NCBI GenBank assembly: GCA_965228735.1
Contig: OZ245838.1
Span: 7,072,001-7,136,000 of the forward strand
Origin: Planctomycetota bacterium
GTDB lineage: Bacteria > Planctomycetota > UBA1135 > UBA2386
Reading direction: 5' to 3'
DNA: 64,000 nt
The notes below the pieces were generated by a model. That model was not told the origin of the DNA. It did not search any database and worked only from the letters and a program-made list of their open reading frames with translations. Position numbers and translations under genes: made by a program. Of the stretch, positions 1 through 9,421 are shown piece after piece. Within the stretch, counting starts at the first letter, position 1; each line of letters starts with the position of its first letter.

Positions 1-96
1 CTCGGCGCGGTCGATGTAGGCCTCGACGGCGTCGGCGAGCCGGTCGAGATCGTCGTCGGGCGACGTGTCGAAGGAGGATTCGGTGGGGGGCGTCAC
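1..96 (-). CDS. 5' end of a gene running off the window edge (MTPPTESSFDTSPDDDLDRLADAVEAYIDRAE...), product unknown
   Basis: Open frame from GTG at 96 to the edge with GC3-rich codons; divergent from the 278 gene. Confidence 0.45.
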   Translation of the reverse strand, partial: MTPPTESSFDTSPDDDLDRLADAVEAYIDRAE

Positions 97-277
97 GGGG
101 GTTGCGCGGCGGTCGTATCCCGACCTCGTCGGACGGCGCGAAATCGCACGGGAATTCCCACGATAAACCGAACGTACGGCGGCTGCGCCGGATCGAGCGC
201 GCTTGACGCTAGGCCGCGCGCCAGCGATCGTTTGGGGCCCCGACTCGCCGCCCCCGCGAACGGCCCTGATCCTCGCC

Positions 278-2128
278 ATGCTGACCGTCATCGTCGCTCT
301 GTCCGCCCTGGCCCTGCCGCCGCAGGAACCCCTGAAGCTCGGTGTCATCGCGCGCCTCGAGCGTGGCCAGCCGGAGCTCGCCTACGGTCGTGGGGCGACG
401 TTCGCCGTGACCGCGATCAACCGTGCGGGGGGCGTCGACGGCGCAAAGGTCGAACTGGTCGTGGAGCCGGCCGAGTCGGCGGCGGCTGTCGCAGCGGCGG
501 TCGAGAAGCTGCAGGCGGCCGGCGTGCACGCGCTGCTGCCGCCGCTCGAGGCCGGGATCGCAAGGGCCGCAGCCAAGGCGGCGGGTGAACTGCCGATGCC
601 GCGCTACGCGATCCCGGTGCCCGCGATGATGGGCGCGATCGACGCGCTGCTCGCCGAGCGGCTGTGCATGACCAAGGTCGGACTCGTGCGGGGTCGCAAG
701 CGCCCCGACCGCACGTTCGCGAAGACGTTCGGCGAGACTCTGACCGCGCCGACCCGCCTGCTGTGGGACATCGACGTGCGGACGTCGCCGCGCAAGTTCA
801 GCAAGACGTGGACCGAATCGCGGCCCGAGGTGCTCGTGTTCGACGTGCCGCCGGCCGATGTGCAGAGCTTTCTCGCCGCGCACATCGGCGACGACCCGAT
901 CCCGATGGTTCTCACGCCGCGCGCGTGGAGCTCGGCGCTCCTGCCCGAGGCGAAGAAGCGGGCGACGTTCGTGGTGCACGGCACGTCCCCGGCGCAGTCG
1001 GCGACGGAGTCCGAACTGCGCGAGGTCTACGAGCGCGACTTCGGCACGCCGGGGTTCGGCGCCGCCGAGGGCTTCGAGGCGGTCACTGCGTTGGCGCGCG
1101 CGTTCGACGCCGCGAACGGTCGTGATGCCGCGGCGGTCACGGCGGCGCTGCAGGGCAGCGCGATCGAGGGTGTGCGCGGGCGGTTGCCGTGGGACCAGGA
1201 CAGCAAGGCGTTCCTCGCTCCCGTCGGCATCTGGCTCGTCGACGAGGACTCGGTGCTGCGGCCGTACGCGCCGCGCATCGTGCCGCGTGAGCAGAAGGGC
1301 ACAGCAGTCGGCGGCGAGGTCGTGCCCGAGCGCGCCGTGCCGCAGGCCGGCATCGGGGTGCCGTTCGGCACCTGGAGGACGCGGCGGTTCGGGCTCGACG
1401 AGGGCGCGCAGTGGGTCATCTGCGAGTGGGCCGACGACGGCGGGTACGCCACGGCAACCGAGGACCTCGTGCAGCTGGGCCTGTCGACGGGCGGCAAGTC
1501 GCCGATCGTCGACCACCTCGTGAAGGAGGAGATCTTCGCGCGCGTGCTCGCGATCACGTCGACCAAGTTCGGTCGCAAGAAGGACGGCAGCGCGGTGCCG
1601 GGCAAGAGTCTGAACATCTGCTTCGGCGTCTACGCCGATCCGAAGGCGCGCAAGAAGAAGCGCCAGCGACTGTGGCCCGCGCGGTTCGGCGGCGACCACG
1701 AGGGCGCGGGGGGTGAGGCGTTCGGGACGTTCTGTCGCGTCTACACGGCGTTCATCCGGCGCACGATCTTCCAGTCGCACGCGCTCGAGCCGGCGGTCTC
1801 GGCCGCCGATCGCGAGTTCCTCGACGGCAGCTACCGCTTCGGCGACGACCTGGAGAAGGATCGGCGCAGCGAGCTGATCCGGGCGTTGATCAACGGCTAC
1901 GCGGGCTCGATGGCATTGACGCTCGCGCACGAGGTCGGCCACCTCGGGACGCTCGGGCACGTCACCGAACCGCCGACGGCGATCATGAACGTCGACGAGG
2001 GCGGCGGGATCGATTACCCGGAGGCCAAGTTCTGCGAAAGTTCGTGGGCGATCCTCGTCGAGCAGCTCGGCCTGGTGGGCACGACCGCGGGCACGTCGAA
2101 GAAGAAGCGCGGCCGCAACCGGGAGTAG
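278..2128 (+). CDS. Secreted Leu/Ile/Val-type periplasmic binding protein-like domain fused to a C-terminal metzincin-like Zn-peptidase motif
   Basis: Signal peptide, then LKLGVI...GATFAVTAINRAGGVDGAKVELV (type 1 binding-protein N-terminus) and AAEGFEAV...IEGVRG; C-terminal HEVGHLGTLGH followed by AIMN. Start taken at ATG 278 (ORF track starts at TTG 203). Confidence 0.7.
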   Translation: MLTVIVALSALALPPQEPLKLGVIARLERGQPELAYGRGATFAVTAINRAGGVDGAKVELVVEPAESAAAVAAAVEKLQAAGVHALLPPLEAGIARAAAKAAGELPMPRYAIPVPAMMGAIDALLAERLCMTKVGLVRGRKRPDRTFAKTFGETLTAPTRLLWDIDVRTSPRKFSKTWTESRPEVLVFDVPPADVQSFLAAHIGDDPIPMVLTPRAWSSALLPEAKKRATFVVHGTSPAQSATESELREVYERDFGTPGFGAAEGFEAVTALARAFDAANGRDAAAVTAALQGSAIEGVRGRLPWDQDSKAFLAPVGIWLVDEDSVLRPYAPRIVPREQKGTAVGGEVVPERAVPQAGIGVPFGTWRTRRFGLDEGAQWVICEWADDGGYATATEDLVQLGLSTGGKSPIVDHLVKEEIFARVLAITSTKFGRKKDGSAVPGKSLNICFGVYADPKARKKKRQRLWPARFGGDHEGAGGEAFGTFCRVYTAFIRRTIFQSHALEPAVSAADREFLDGSYRFGDDLEKDRRSELIRALINGYAGSMALTLAHEVGHLGTLGHVTEPPTAIMNVDEGGGIDYPEAKFCESSWAILVEQLGLVGTTAGTSKKKRGRNRE

Positions 2129-2265
2129 GCGAGGTCCTGGAGCCAGCCGGATCTTGGCACAAGAACGGGAATAGTGGCTCCGATCGCCCGTCGTTACCGA
2201 ACCGGCGGGCAGGCATTCGCGTTTGCGGTTAGCATGGTCCCGTCTTCGTGGACGAGGAGAACTGC

Positions 2266-3576
2266 ATGCCCCAAGCCAACCATTCGCGGCCCCGCGCTGC
2301 CGCTGCTCTGCTGGTCGTCGCCGCCCTGATCGGCGGTGGCTCGGCACCGCTGGCCGCTCAGGGCCGCATCGCATGGGAGACGGACTTCGAGGCGGCTCTC
2401 GCGCGCAGCAAGGCCGAGAACAAGCCGATCATGGCGTGCTTCAGCATGAAGGGCGAGCGCGTCTGCGACGTCATCATCGCGGAGCACTACAGCGACCCGA
2501 AGCTCGTCGAGCTGAGCAAGCACACGATCAACCTGTTCTGTTCGCCGCACGGCACCCCCGAACAGCGTGAGCTCGAGAAGCGCGTGCGGATCGACCTGCT
2601 GAAGGGCGACGAGTCGACGTGGATGGTCGCGCCGCAGCACTGCGTGTTCCTGCCGGACGGGACGCTCGTCTGGGCCGTGCCGTACTACATCGCGGCGGGT
2701 GAGCTCGAATGGATGTGGGTCGAGGGCATCCGTAAGGTCGACGCGGCGTTCGAGTGGACGCCGACCGATCGCTACCGCGCGCCGCGCAAGCTCGCGGCCG
2801 AGATCGAGAAAGAAGAGCAGGCCCAGGCGCCGCCGCCGACCCCGGCGGAGATCAAGGCGATCCTCAAGGAGATCAAGAAGGGCTTCGGCGGCTTCTACGA
2901 GGCCAACGAGAAGCTGCCGATCATCGTGCGCAGCGAGAGCCGGCAGGCGAAGCAGTTCGTCGAGCGCCTGCTCGAAGCGCACGACACGACCGAGTCGAGC
3001 AAGATCACGATCCTCGCGTACATCAGCCGCCACGCCGCGCGCAGCTGGTGGAGCGTCGTGAAGTGCGTGCTCGAGGACGAGAAGAAGGATGTGCGCCTCG
3101 CCGCGATCCGCACGCTCGGCGACCTCGGCGAGAAGCGTTCGACGTCGACGATCATGGGTCGCTGGCGCAAGGAGGACAACAAGGCCGTCAAGGGCGCGAT
3201 CCTGCAGGCGGCCGTGCAGTGCGGGCCGAACAACAGCAAGGTCGTCAAGTTGCTGCCGTTCGTCATCGCCGACTACGACGAAGTCGACCTGCGCATCCAG
3301 GCCACGCTCGCGATCGCGAGTCTCGAGGACAAGAAGGCCGTGGCCGAGGGACTCGAAGCCGCGCTGACCTCCGACACGCCGCGCATCCGCGCCGCGGGTG
3401 CGTGGGCCGTCGCCACGCGCCGCGAGACCGCGCTCGCGGGCGCCGTCGATGCCGCGTTGAAGAAGGAACAGGACGCCGCAGCGAAGAAGTGGCTGCAGGC
3501 CGCGGTGAAGGCGCTCGGCGGCGAACAGGTGGACGCGCTGCGTGAGTTCCCGGAGCTGAAGAACTTCGGGTGGTAG
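2266..3576 (+). CDS. Secreted thioredoxin-like domain plus HEAT-repeat protein
   Basis: GAGGAG RBS before ATG 2266; signal peptide; IAWETDFEAALARSKAENKPIMACF...ERVC thioredoxin-like start; HEAT-like repeats (VRLAAIRTLGDLG, IRAAGAWAVA). Confidence 0.75.
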   Translation: MPQANHSRPRAAAALLVVAALIGGGSAPLAAQGRIAWETDFEAALARSKAENKPIMACFSMKGERVCDVIIAEHYSDPKLVELSKHTINLFCSPHGTPEQRELEKRVRIDLLKGDESTWMVAPQHCVFLPDGTLVWAVPYYIAAGELEWMWVEGIRKVDAAFEWTPTDRYRAPRKLAAEIEKEEQAQAPPPTPAEIKAILKEIKKGFGGFYEANEKLPIIVRSESRQAKQFVERLLEAHDTTESSKITILAYISRHAARSWWSVVKCVLEDEKKDVRLAAIRTLGDLGEKRSTSTIMGRWRKEDNKAVKGAILQAAVQCGPNNSKVVKLLPFVIADYDEVDLRIQATLAIASLEDKKAVAEGLEAALTSDTPRIRAAGAWAVATRRETALAGAVDAALKKEQDAAAKKWLQAAVKALGGEQVDALREFPELKNFGW

Positions 3577-3715
3577 CGCGGTGGGGGCGAATCGTGATCA
3601 CGGAGAACGCTCGAGACTCACGGCCACGCTCGTGGTCCAGGTGCTCTTGCACTTCGCAGTCCGTTCCGCCGAGTCGACGGTCGCCGCGCGTAGCGTTTGA
3701 CCGGCGGTAGCCAGG

Positions 3716-3949
3716 ATGTTCCTCGACTTCGGCATTGTCGTAAACGCGATCCTCCTGGTGCTGGGGATCCTCTGGTGCCGCGAGATGTTCGGCCGCCTGC
3801 CCAAGGACCTCGAGGAGTACCGGACGGCGCAGGATCCGAGCGTGCGACAGACCTTGATGATCCTCTGGATCGCCACCGGGTTGATCGTCGTGCTGCTCGT
3901 CAACTTCCTCGTCGGCATCCTCGGCAACGTCGGGTTGTTCGGCGGTTGA
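3716..3949 (+). CDS. Small two-helix membrane protein
   Basis: 77 aa, two hydrophobic segments, coding-like codon use. Confidence 0.65.
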   Translation: MFLDFGIVVNAILLVLGILWCREMFGRLPKDLEEYRTAQDPSVRQTLMILWIATGLIVVLLVNFLVGILGNVGLFGG

Positions 3950-4003
3950 ACCCACGCGTAGGGGATCACGAGTGGTCGAGTCGGGCGCCGTATCCCCTCC
4001 AAC

Positions 4004-4018
4004 TGGCATGCTTGTTGC
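4004..4018 (+). promoter_or_regulatory. Putative sigma-54 -24/-12 promoter
   Basis: TGGCATGCTTGTTGC has GG-N10-GC with TTGC, 12 nt upstream of ATG 4031. Confidence 0.6.
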
Positions 4019-4030
4019 GCGTGGAGGGGT

Positions 4031-4480
4031 ATGACTTCCACGACCAAGAACACCGTTGCCGTTGCGAACGAGCTACGACGCCTGTTGCGCGGAGAGATCG
4101 CTGCCGCTGAGACCTATGCCCAGGCGCTGGAAGCCGCCGATGAATCCGTCGCGCGGATTCTCGGGCCGCTGCAGGATGATCATGGCCGCGCGATCAAGTT
4201 CCTCGCCGAGCAAGTGTCTGCGCACGGCCAGGATCCGACGACGAGTTCCGGCGTGTGGGGCGGTTTCGCCCGCGCCGTCGAGGGCGGGGCCAAGCTGCTG
4301 GGCATGAAGGTCGCGTTGACCGCGTTGCGCGAAGGCGAGCGCGCGGGCCTGGCCGACTACGAGGATGCCCTGCGGACCGGTGAGCTGCCGGAAGTCTGCC
4401 GCCATCGAATCGAATCCGAGTTCGTTCCGGCACAGCGCCAGCACATCGAGACGCTCGATCGCCTGATCGCGTCGAAGTGA
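4031..4480 (+). CDS. Ferritin-like four-helix protein (DUF2383/PA2169-like)
   Basis: LLRGEIAAAETYAQALE...DDH...SGVWGGFARAVEG...LREGERAGLADYEDAL...QRQHI pattern. Confidence 0.8.
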   Translation: MTSTTKNTVAVANELRRLLRGEIAAAETYAQALEAADESVARILGPLQDDHGRAIKFLAEQVSAHGQDPTTSSGVWGGFARAVEGGAKLLGMKVALTALREGERAGLADYEDALRTGELPEVCRHRIESEFVPAQRQHIETLDRLIASK

Positions 4481-4610
4481 CCTATTGGGAACACCGAGCG
4501 CCCGTCGCAGTCGCGCTGATCGGAGGGCCGGATGCCGGTGAGAAGCCGCGCTTCCGAGCGCCGGCAGCCAAACTGCCGATCTGATCCAACGGATCGATCG
4601 TCGGCGTTGT

Positions 4611-4625
4611 CGGCACAACAGTTGC
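4611..4625 (+). promoter_or_regulatory. Putative sigma-54 -24/-12 promoter
   Basis: CGGCACAACAGTTGC has GG-N10-GC; intergenic, upstream of ATG 4741. Confidence 0.5.
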
Positions 4626-4740
4626 CGAGCAGAACGCGATGATCCGCAGGCTTCGCCCGGGGAAGGGCCCGCGTCCGCGAGACAGCTCTTTCGCGGTCGT
4701 CGAGCCCTCGCGCCCACTCACTCTCAACCAACGTTCCGTC

Positions 4741-5178
4741 ATGCAATCCTTCCGTTCGATCCACGATCTGCTCGTCTGGGTGCAGGACCTGCATCGCCGA
4801 TGCTGCGTCCGGTTCGCGCGCGCCCGACAAGAGTGCGCCGAACACCGCTACCGCGCCCTGCTGGAGTTCCTTCGCGACCGCGAAGCCGAGCAGTTCGCGG
4901 CCATCGCGCGCCTGATCGCGAGCGGCGATGATCGGCTGCGATGTTTCGTGCAGCGGGTGCCCGAAGCGGCACTGCAAGCCGCCGCCACGATCGAGCCGAC
5001 CGGACCGGACTTCGATGCCGAGGTCTTGCGATACCGCCAGCGCGATCGGGCGCTGATCGGGGCCTACGAACAGCTCGCGGCGAACGTGGGCCACAAGGCC
5101 GGATCGATCCTGCGCGAACTCCTGAGCATGCGAGCCAGGACCCAGGCGCGCCTTCGCGAGGCGCTGATCGACTCGTGA
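4741..5178 (+). CDS. Hypothetical all-helical protein, possibly ferritin-like
   Basis: MQSFRSIHDLLVWVQDLH...LLEFLRDRE...LIGAYEQLA; helical amphipathic pattern. Confidence 0.6.
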   Translation: MQSFRSIHDLLVWVQDLHRRCCVRFARARQECAEHRYRALLEFLRDREAEQFAAIARLIASGDDRLRCFVQRVPEAALQAAATIEPTGPDFDAEVLRYRQRDRALIGAYEQLAANVGHKAGSILRELLSMRARTQARLREALIDS

Positions 5179-5234
5179 GCGCGGATCCCGACCGCGGTTA
5201 AGGTGTCGCGCCTCGAACTGCCGATGGCACGGGC

Positions 5235-5657
5235 ATGGCCAAGAACCCCCTGCGCCTGCTCCTGCCCCTGGGGCTGCTGTTCGCCCTGAGCAGCTGCTCG
5301 ATGTATTCCACGGCCCGCGAATTCAACGGGCACGTCGGCCCCGACGGGCGGCCGGTGTTCGTAATGACGGCGACCTACCTCGGCGTTCACCTCGTCGGCT
5401 TGGTGCCGATGGTCGGCGACACGACGATCGAGGCGATGGTCGAGGACGCGACGGACCACATCGAGAAGGCCGACGCCAAGAAGTTGCGGCTCGTCGAGAC
5501 GGAGTCGGTGAACTTCTGGTACGGCGTGCCGCCGCTGTCGTGGATCTTCTCGCCGGTGATCACGAGCGTGACGTTCGAGTACGAACCGACGGATGCCGCG
5601 CTCGCGGCCGCGGGGCTGGGCCCGGCGACCGATGCCGCGGCGAGTCCGGGTCGTTGA
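5235..5657 (+). CDS. Hypothetical lipoprotein
   Basis: Lipobox-like LFALSSC after a hydrophobic signal. Confidence 0.7.
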   Translation: MAKNPLRLLLPLGLLFALSSCSMYSTAREFNGHVGPDGRPVFVMTATYLGVHLVGLVPMVGDTTIEAMVEDATDHIEKADAKKLRLVETESVNFWYGVPPLSWIFSPVITSVTFEYEPTDAALAAAGLGPATDAAASPGR

Positions 5658-5681
5658 CCCTGGATCGCCCGCGGATTGCGC

Positions 5682-5707
5682 GGAACCGCGCCGCGCGACG
5701 GCCGTAA
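5682..5707 (+). promoter_or_regulatory. Putative ECF sigma promoter
   Basis: GGAAC-N16-CGTAA ending 9 nt before ATG 5717. Confidence 0.45.
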
Positions 5708-5716
5708 GTTCCCGGC

Positions 5717-6178
5717 ATGCCGCGCCGCCGCCAGAGCATCGCCTACACGATCCGCGACCTGCTGCCGATCGTCGTGCTCGGATCGCCGATCGTCTTCCTG
5801 CTCGCCGATCCCTGGAAGTCTTGAATCGAGCAGGAGGTGTGCGGCCCCCGGGTGGCGGCCGACGTGCAGCGCCTGGCCTTCGCGGCGGACGAGTTCTACG
5901 GCATTCACGACCGTTGGCCGAGTCACGCGGAGCTGCTCGCGATCGATGACTCGATGCCGGAGCGGGACGTCTGGGGACACGAATACACGTTCGAGTTCGA
6001 CGCCGAGGGCCACCTACAGGTCCGCAGTCCCGGCGTCGACGAACGGCGCCACACGGCGGACGACATCGTCTCGTGGGTGATGCGGGGCGGGCAGCGCTTC
6101 GAGGAACGCCAGGTCGTCCAGCAGCTGTTGGAGGAACGGGCGGCGCGGGAGCGGGCCGGCGAACGACCGCGTCGCTGA
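5717..6178 (+). CDS. GspG-like (type II secretion pseudopilin C-terminal) protein interrupted by in-frame TGA at 5822-5824; recoded gene or pseudogene
   Basis: MPRRRQ...LLPIVVLGSPIVFLLADPWKS-TGA-IEQEVCGPR...DVWGHEY...VRSPGVDERRHTADDI; the last part matches the GspG DPWG..Y...S.G.D...T.DDI pattern and both halves are in the same frame. Confidence 0.6.
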
Positions 6179-6180
6179 GC

Positions 6181-7449
6181 CTATTCGTGGCGCAGCGCTT
6201 CGACGGGGTCCATCGTCGCCGCGCGCCACGCGGGGTAGACCCCGAACCCGACGCCGACCGCGGTCGAGATGCCGAACGCGAGCAGCACGTGATCGACGCG
6301 GACGATCGTGAGGTTGCCGCTCACGTGCGAGATGATCTGCGGGATCAGCAGGCCGAGCGCGACGCCGAGCACGCCGCCGCACGCGCTGAGCACCGACGTC
6401 TCGACGAGGAACTGGGCGATGATGTTGCTGCGCCGGGCGCCGAGCGCGCGGCGGACACCGATCTCACGCGTGCGCTCGGTCACGGTCGCGAGCATGACGT
6501 TCATGATGCCGATGCCGCCGACGAGCAGTGAGATCACCGCGATCGAGCCGAGCACGATGTTGAAGATCTGCGCCGTGGCCTCGCGTTGGCGCAGCAGCTC
6601 GAGCGGCACGATCAGCTTCACGTCGTCCTTCGCGCGGCGCCCGATCTCGAGCATGTCCTCGAGCAACAGCGACGTCGGGATCACGTCGTCGGTCGTCGGC
6701 ATCTGCAGCTTGATCTCGTGCAACTCGACCCGGGTCCGCTCCTCGCTGCCCATGCTGCGCTTGCGGATCTCATCGCCGAAACGGGCGCGCGAGGTCGAGA
6801 CCGGCACGAACATGCAGTCGTCGAGCGCCACACCGCCCGGGCTCGCCTCGCGGCCGAGGCCCGCGAGCATGCCGATGACGGTGAAGCGCGTCATGCCCGC
6901 CTGCACGGTGCTGCCGATCGGGTTCTCGATCGGGAACAGCGTCTCCGCCAGGCCATGGCCGAGCACGGCGACGTTCTTCGAGCGGTCGATGTCGACGGGC
7001 GACAGCCAGCGCCCCTCCTCGAGCTCGAGGCTCATGAGGTCGAGGTAGGGGACCTCGGTGCCGACGACGATGCTGCTCGCCCAGCGGTAACCCTTGCGCA
7101 GGCTGTGCGGCGTCTCGCGCACGCTGACGACGCGATTGGCATCGTCGATGAGCGTCCGGATACGGGTCGCGTCCTCGTAGGTCAGCCCGTAGGCGAACGT
7201 CTGCCAGCGGCTGCCCGAAATCGTCTCGGCCGTCTCGGGCGGCCGTTGGCTCCGCACCATGAGGTTGGTCGGGCCGAGCGCTTTGAGCTGCTCGAGCGCC
7301 GCGAAGCTCGCGCCTTCGCCAACGGCGAGCATCGCGATCACGGACGCGACACCGAACAGCAGCCCGAGCACGGTCAGGAACGACCGCAGCCGGTGCATGA
7401 GCAGGCTCTTCACTCCGAGCCGAGCCGTTCGAAAACTGCCGCGCAGCAT
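6181..7449 (-). CDS. MacB/FtsX-like ABC transporter permease
   Basis: RSFLTVLGLLFGVASVIAM; ISLLVGGIGIMNVMLATVTERTREIGVRRALGA; YPAWRAATMDPVEALRHE. Confidence 0.93.
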   Translation of the reverse strand: MLRGSFRTARLGVKSLLMHRLRSFLTVLGLLFGVASVIAMLAVGEGASFAALEQLKALGPTNLMVRSQRPPETAETISGSRWQTFAYGLTYEDATRIRTLIDDANRVVSVRETPHSLRKGYRWASSIVVGTEVPYLDLMSLELEEGRWLSPVDIDRSKNVAVLGHGLAETLFPIENPIGSTVQAGMTRFTVIGMLAGLGREASPGGVALDDCMFVPVSTSRARFGDEIRKRSMGSEERTRVELHEIKLQMPTTDDVIPTSLLLEDMLEIGRRAKDDVKLIVPLELLRQREATAQIFNIVLGSIAVISLLVGGIGIMNVMLATVTERTREIGVRRALGARRSNIIAQFLVETSVLSACGGVLGVALGLLIPQIISHVSGNLTIVRVDHVLLAFGISTAVGVGFGVYPAWRAATMDPVEALRHE

Positions 7450-7461
7450 CGTCGCGTGGGC

Positions 7462-9240
7462 TCAGCCGCCCCCATTCGAGCCAGCACCGTTCGAGCCAGC
7501 ACCGTTGGAGCCAGCACCGTTCGGGCCGGCGTTCTCGGTCCCGCCGTCGCTGGCGGCCGACGTGTCGTCCGTCGCCTCGTCGGTCTCCCCGGTCGCTTCC
7601 GCGTCGGGCAACATCGCGCCCGGCGGTCGCACGAGGTGGATCTCGTCGCCCTCTTCGATCCCGGCGGCGAGCGCGACGTGCGTCAGGTTGCTGCCGCCGA
7701 CCTCGACCGGGGTCGCGACCGGACCCTCGTCCGTCGCGAGCCACACGTAGTGCTGGTCGCGCCGGCGTTCGAGCGCCGGCAGCGGGATGTAGAGCACGTC
7801 CTCGAGATCGCCGACCTGGATGGTCACGCTCGCGTTCATCCCCGGCCGCACCGTGCCGTCCGAGTTGTCGCGGTCGAGCGCGACGTGCACCTTGTATTCC
7901 TTGACCTCGCGGCTGCGGCGGGTCGGCACGGGCAGCGTCGAGACCGACGCGACGTGCCCCTCGAAGATCTGGCCGGGGAATGCGTCCACCTTGATCGCCG
8001 CGGGCTGGCCGACGACGACCTTGTCGACCTGCGCCTCGTGCACGCGCAACTCCGCCGTCATCTTGCGGATGTCGGGCAGGATCACGATGTCCTGGCGCTC
8101 GCGGACCTCCATGCCCTCGTAGACCGGTTCGTCCCAGTCGTAGCGGCCGTAGACGACGAGCCCGGAGGACGGCGCGAGCATCACCGCGTGCTTCAGCTGC
8201 TCGTTCCAGTTGTCGAGGCGGTCCTTCGCGAGCTTGTATTCGGCCTCCGCGCTGATGAGCTCGGCCGATTGCTGCACCCGGCGGGCCTCGTTCGCGGCCT
8301 TGACGCTCTCGAGCCCGAGCCGCGCGTTGTCTTCCTCTTGCTTGAGGCCGATCAGCGTCTCGTGCAGCGTGAACTTGACGAGCAGCTGCAGGTTGTTGAG
8401 CGCGACCGTGACGCGGGAGCGGTTGCGCTTGTGGTTGATGCGGTCACGTTCGAGTTCGTTACGCGTGATGAACCCGTTCGCCGCGAGGTCCTTGCTGTGG
8501 TTGAACGTGTCCTGGGCGAGTGCGAAGTCGGCGCGGGCGAGGCTGATCTCGTCGATCTGCGTGAGCACCTGGTTGGCCATCTCGCCCATCTCGAGGTCGT
8601 AGGCCGTCTCGGACCCGAGAATCTCGGCGATGCGCGCGACGAGTTCGTCCGCGCTCCGCGCCGGCAACAGGTCCGTCATGCCCTCGACGGCGAACAGCGC
8701 CTCGAGTTCGTCGACCATCTGACGGTTGGTGCCCGCGTTCTCGTCCTCGTTCGGGCCGCGCGCGGCCTGCGACGTGCGGGCCTGGCCGAGGAACTTGCCG
8801 AGCTTGATGCGGGCGATCTTGAGCCGGCTCTCGGCGGTGCGTTCGGCCGCGAGCAGCTCCTTCTCCATCACCTCGTGGTTCTTGCGCGCCTGCTTCACCG
8901 CGGCGTCGGCCCGTGCGACGGCGATCGCCTGGCTGGCCTGCTTCTCCTCGATGAGGCTCGCGTCGAGCTCGGCGACCTTCTCGCCCGGCTCGACCACCGT
9001 GCCCTCCTCGATCAGGTAGATCAGCGTGTTGCGCCCCTCGAGGCGCGACACGACGCGCGTGTCGGATTGGGCCTCGATCTCCGCGCGTTCGCGCACGGTC
9101 ACGGGGAGCGTGCCGCGGGTCACGGTGTAGCGCAGTTGATCCGTCGCGGTGGACGTGTCATCGCACCCGGCGAACACGCCGACCAGGCAGGTGATGGCGA
9201 GCGCACGAGCCGGGGCTGCAATCGAAGCGGATTCGGTCAT
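7462..9240 (-). CDS. Efflux periplasmic adaptor (MacA/HlyD-like), lipoprotein
   Basis: VFAGC lipobox; EEGTVVEPGEKVAELD, long coiled region, APSSGLVVY, VHEAQVDKVVVGQ, RPGMNASVTI. Confidence 0.88.
   Translation of the reverse strand: MTESASIAAPARALAITCLVGVFAGCDDTSTATDQLRYTVTRGTLPVTVRERAEIEAQSDTRVVSRLEGRNTLIYLIEEGTVVEPGEKVAELDASLIEEKQASQAIAVARADAAVKQARKNHEVMEKELLAAERTAESRLKIARIKLGKFLGQARTSQAARGPNEDENAGTNRQMVDELEALFAVEGMTDLLPARSADELVARIAEILGSETAYDLEMGEMANQVLTQIDEISLARADFALAQDTFNHSKDLAANGFITRNELERDRINHKRNRSRVTVALNNLQLLVKFTLHETLIGLKQEEDNARLGLESVKAANEARRVQQSAELISAEAEYKLAKDRLDNWNEQLKHAVMLAPSSGLVVYGRYDWDEPVYEGMEVRERQDIVILPDIRKMTAELRVHEAQVDKVVVGQPAAIKVDAFPGQIFEGHVASVSTLPVPTRRSREVKEYKVHVALDRDNSDGTVRPGMNASVTIQVGDLEDVLYIPLPALERRRDQHYVWLATDEGPVATPVEVGGSNLTHVALAAGIEEGDEIHLVRPPGAMLPDAEATGETDEATDDTSAASDGGTENAGPNGAGSNGAGSNGAGSNGGG
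7471..7533. repeat. 15-bp tandem repeat encoding (NGAGS)n at the adaptor C-terminus
   Basis: CCGTT(C/G)GAGCCAGCA unit repeated about 3-4 times. Confidence 0.8.
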
Positions 9241-9421
9241 TCGGGGCCCAGGGAGTCTAGGCGAGGATCGCCGCGCGCGAACGCGGAGATGCGCGACCTC
9301 AAACCTGTTACATCATCGTCGGGGCCGTCGCATGGCGCTCGGATCCCCGCCGGTCAGTTGCCCGAACCGCGAGATCGTGCAACCTCACGGCGAGTCCGCG
9401 CGGAGTAGGCTCGTGCGGCCG

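Noticed and set aside
2211..2227. Sigma-54 motif upstream of the 2266 gene
   Set aside because: GG to GC spacing is 11, not the required 10.
3947..5657. Readthrough at the T-preceded stops 3947-3949 and 5655-5657
   Set aside because: The first hits TAG three codons later; the second continues into non-coding-like sequence; neither has a Cys-type context.
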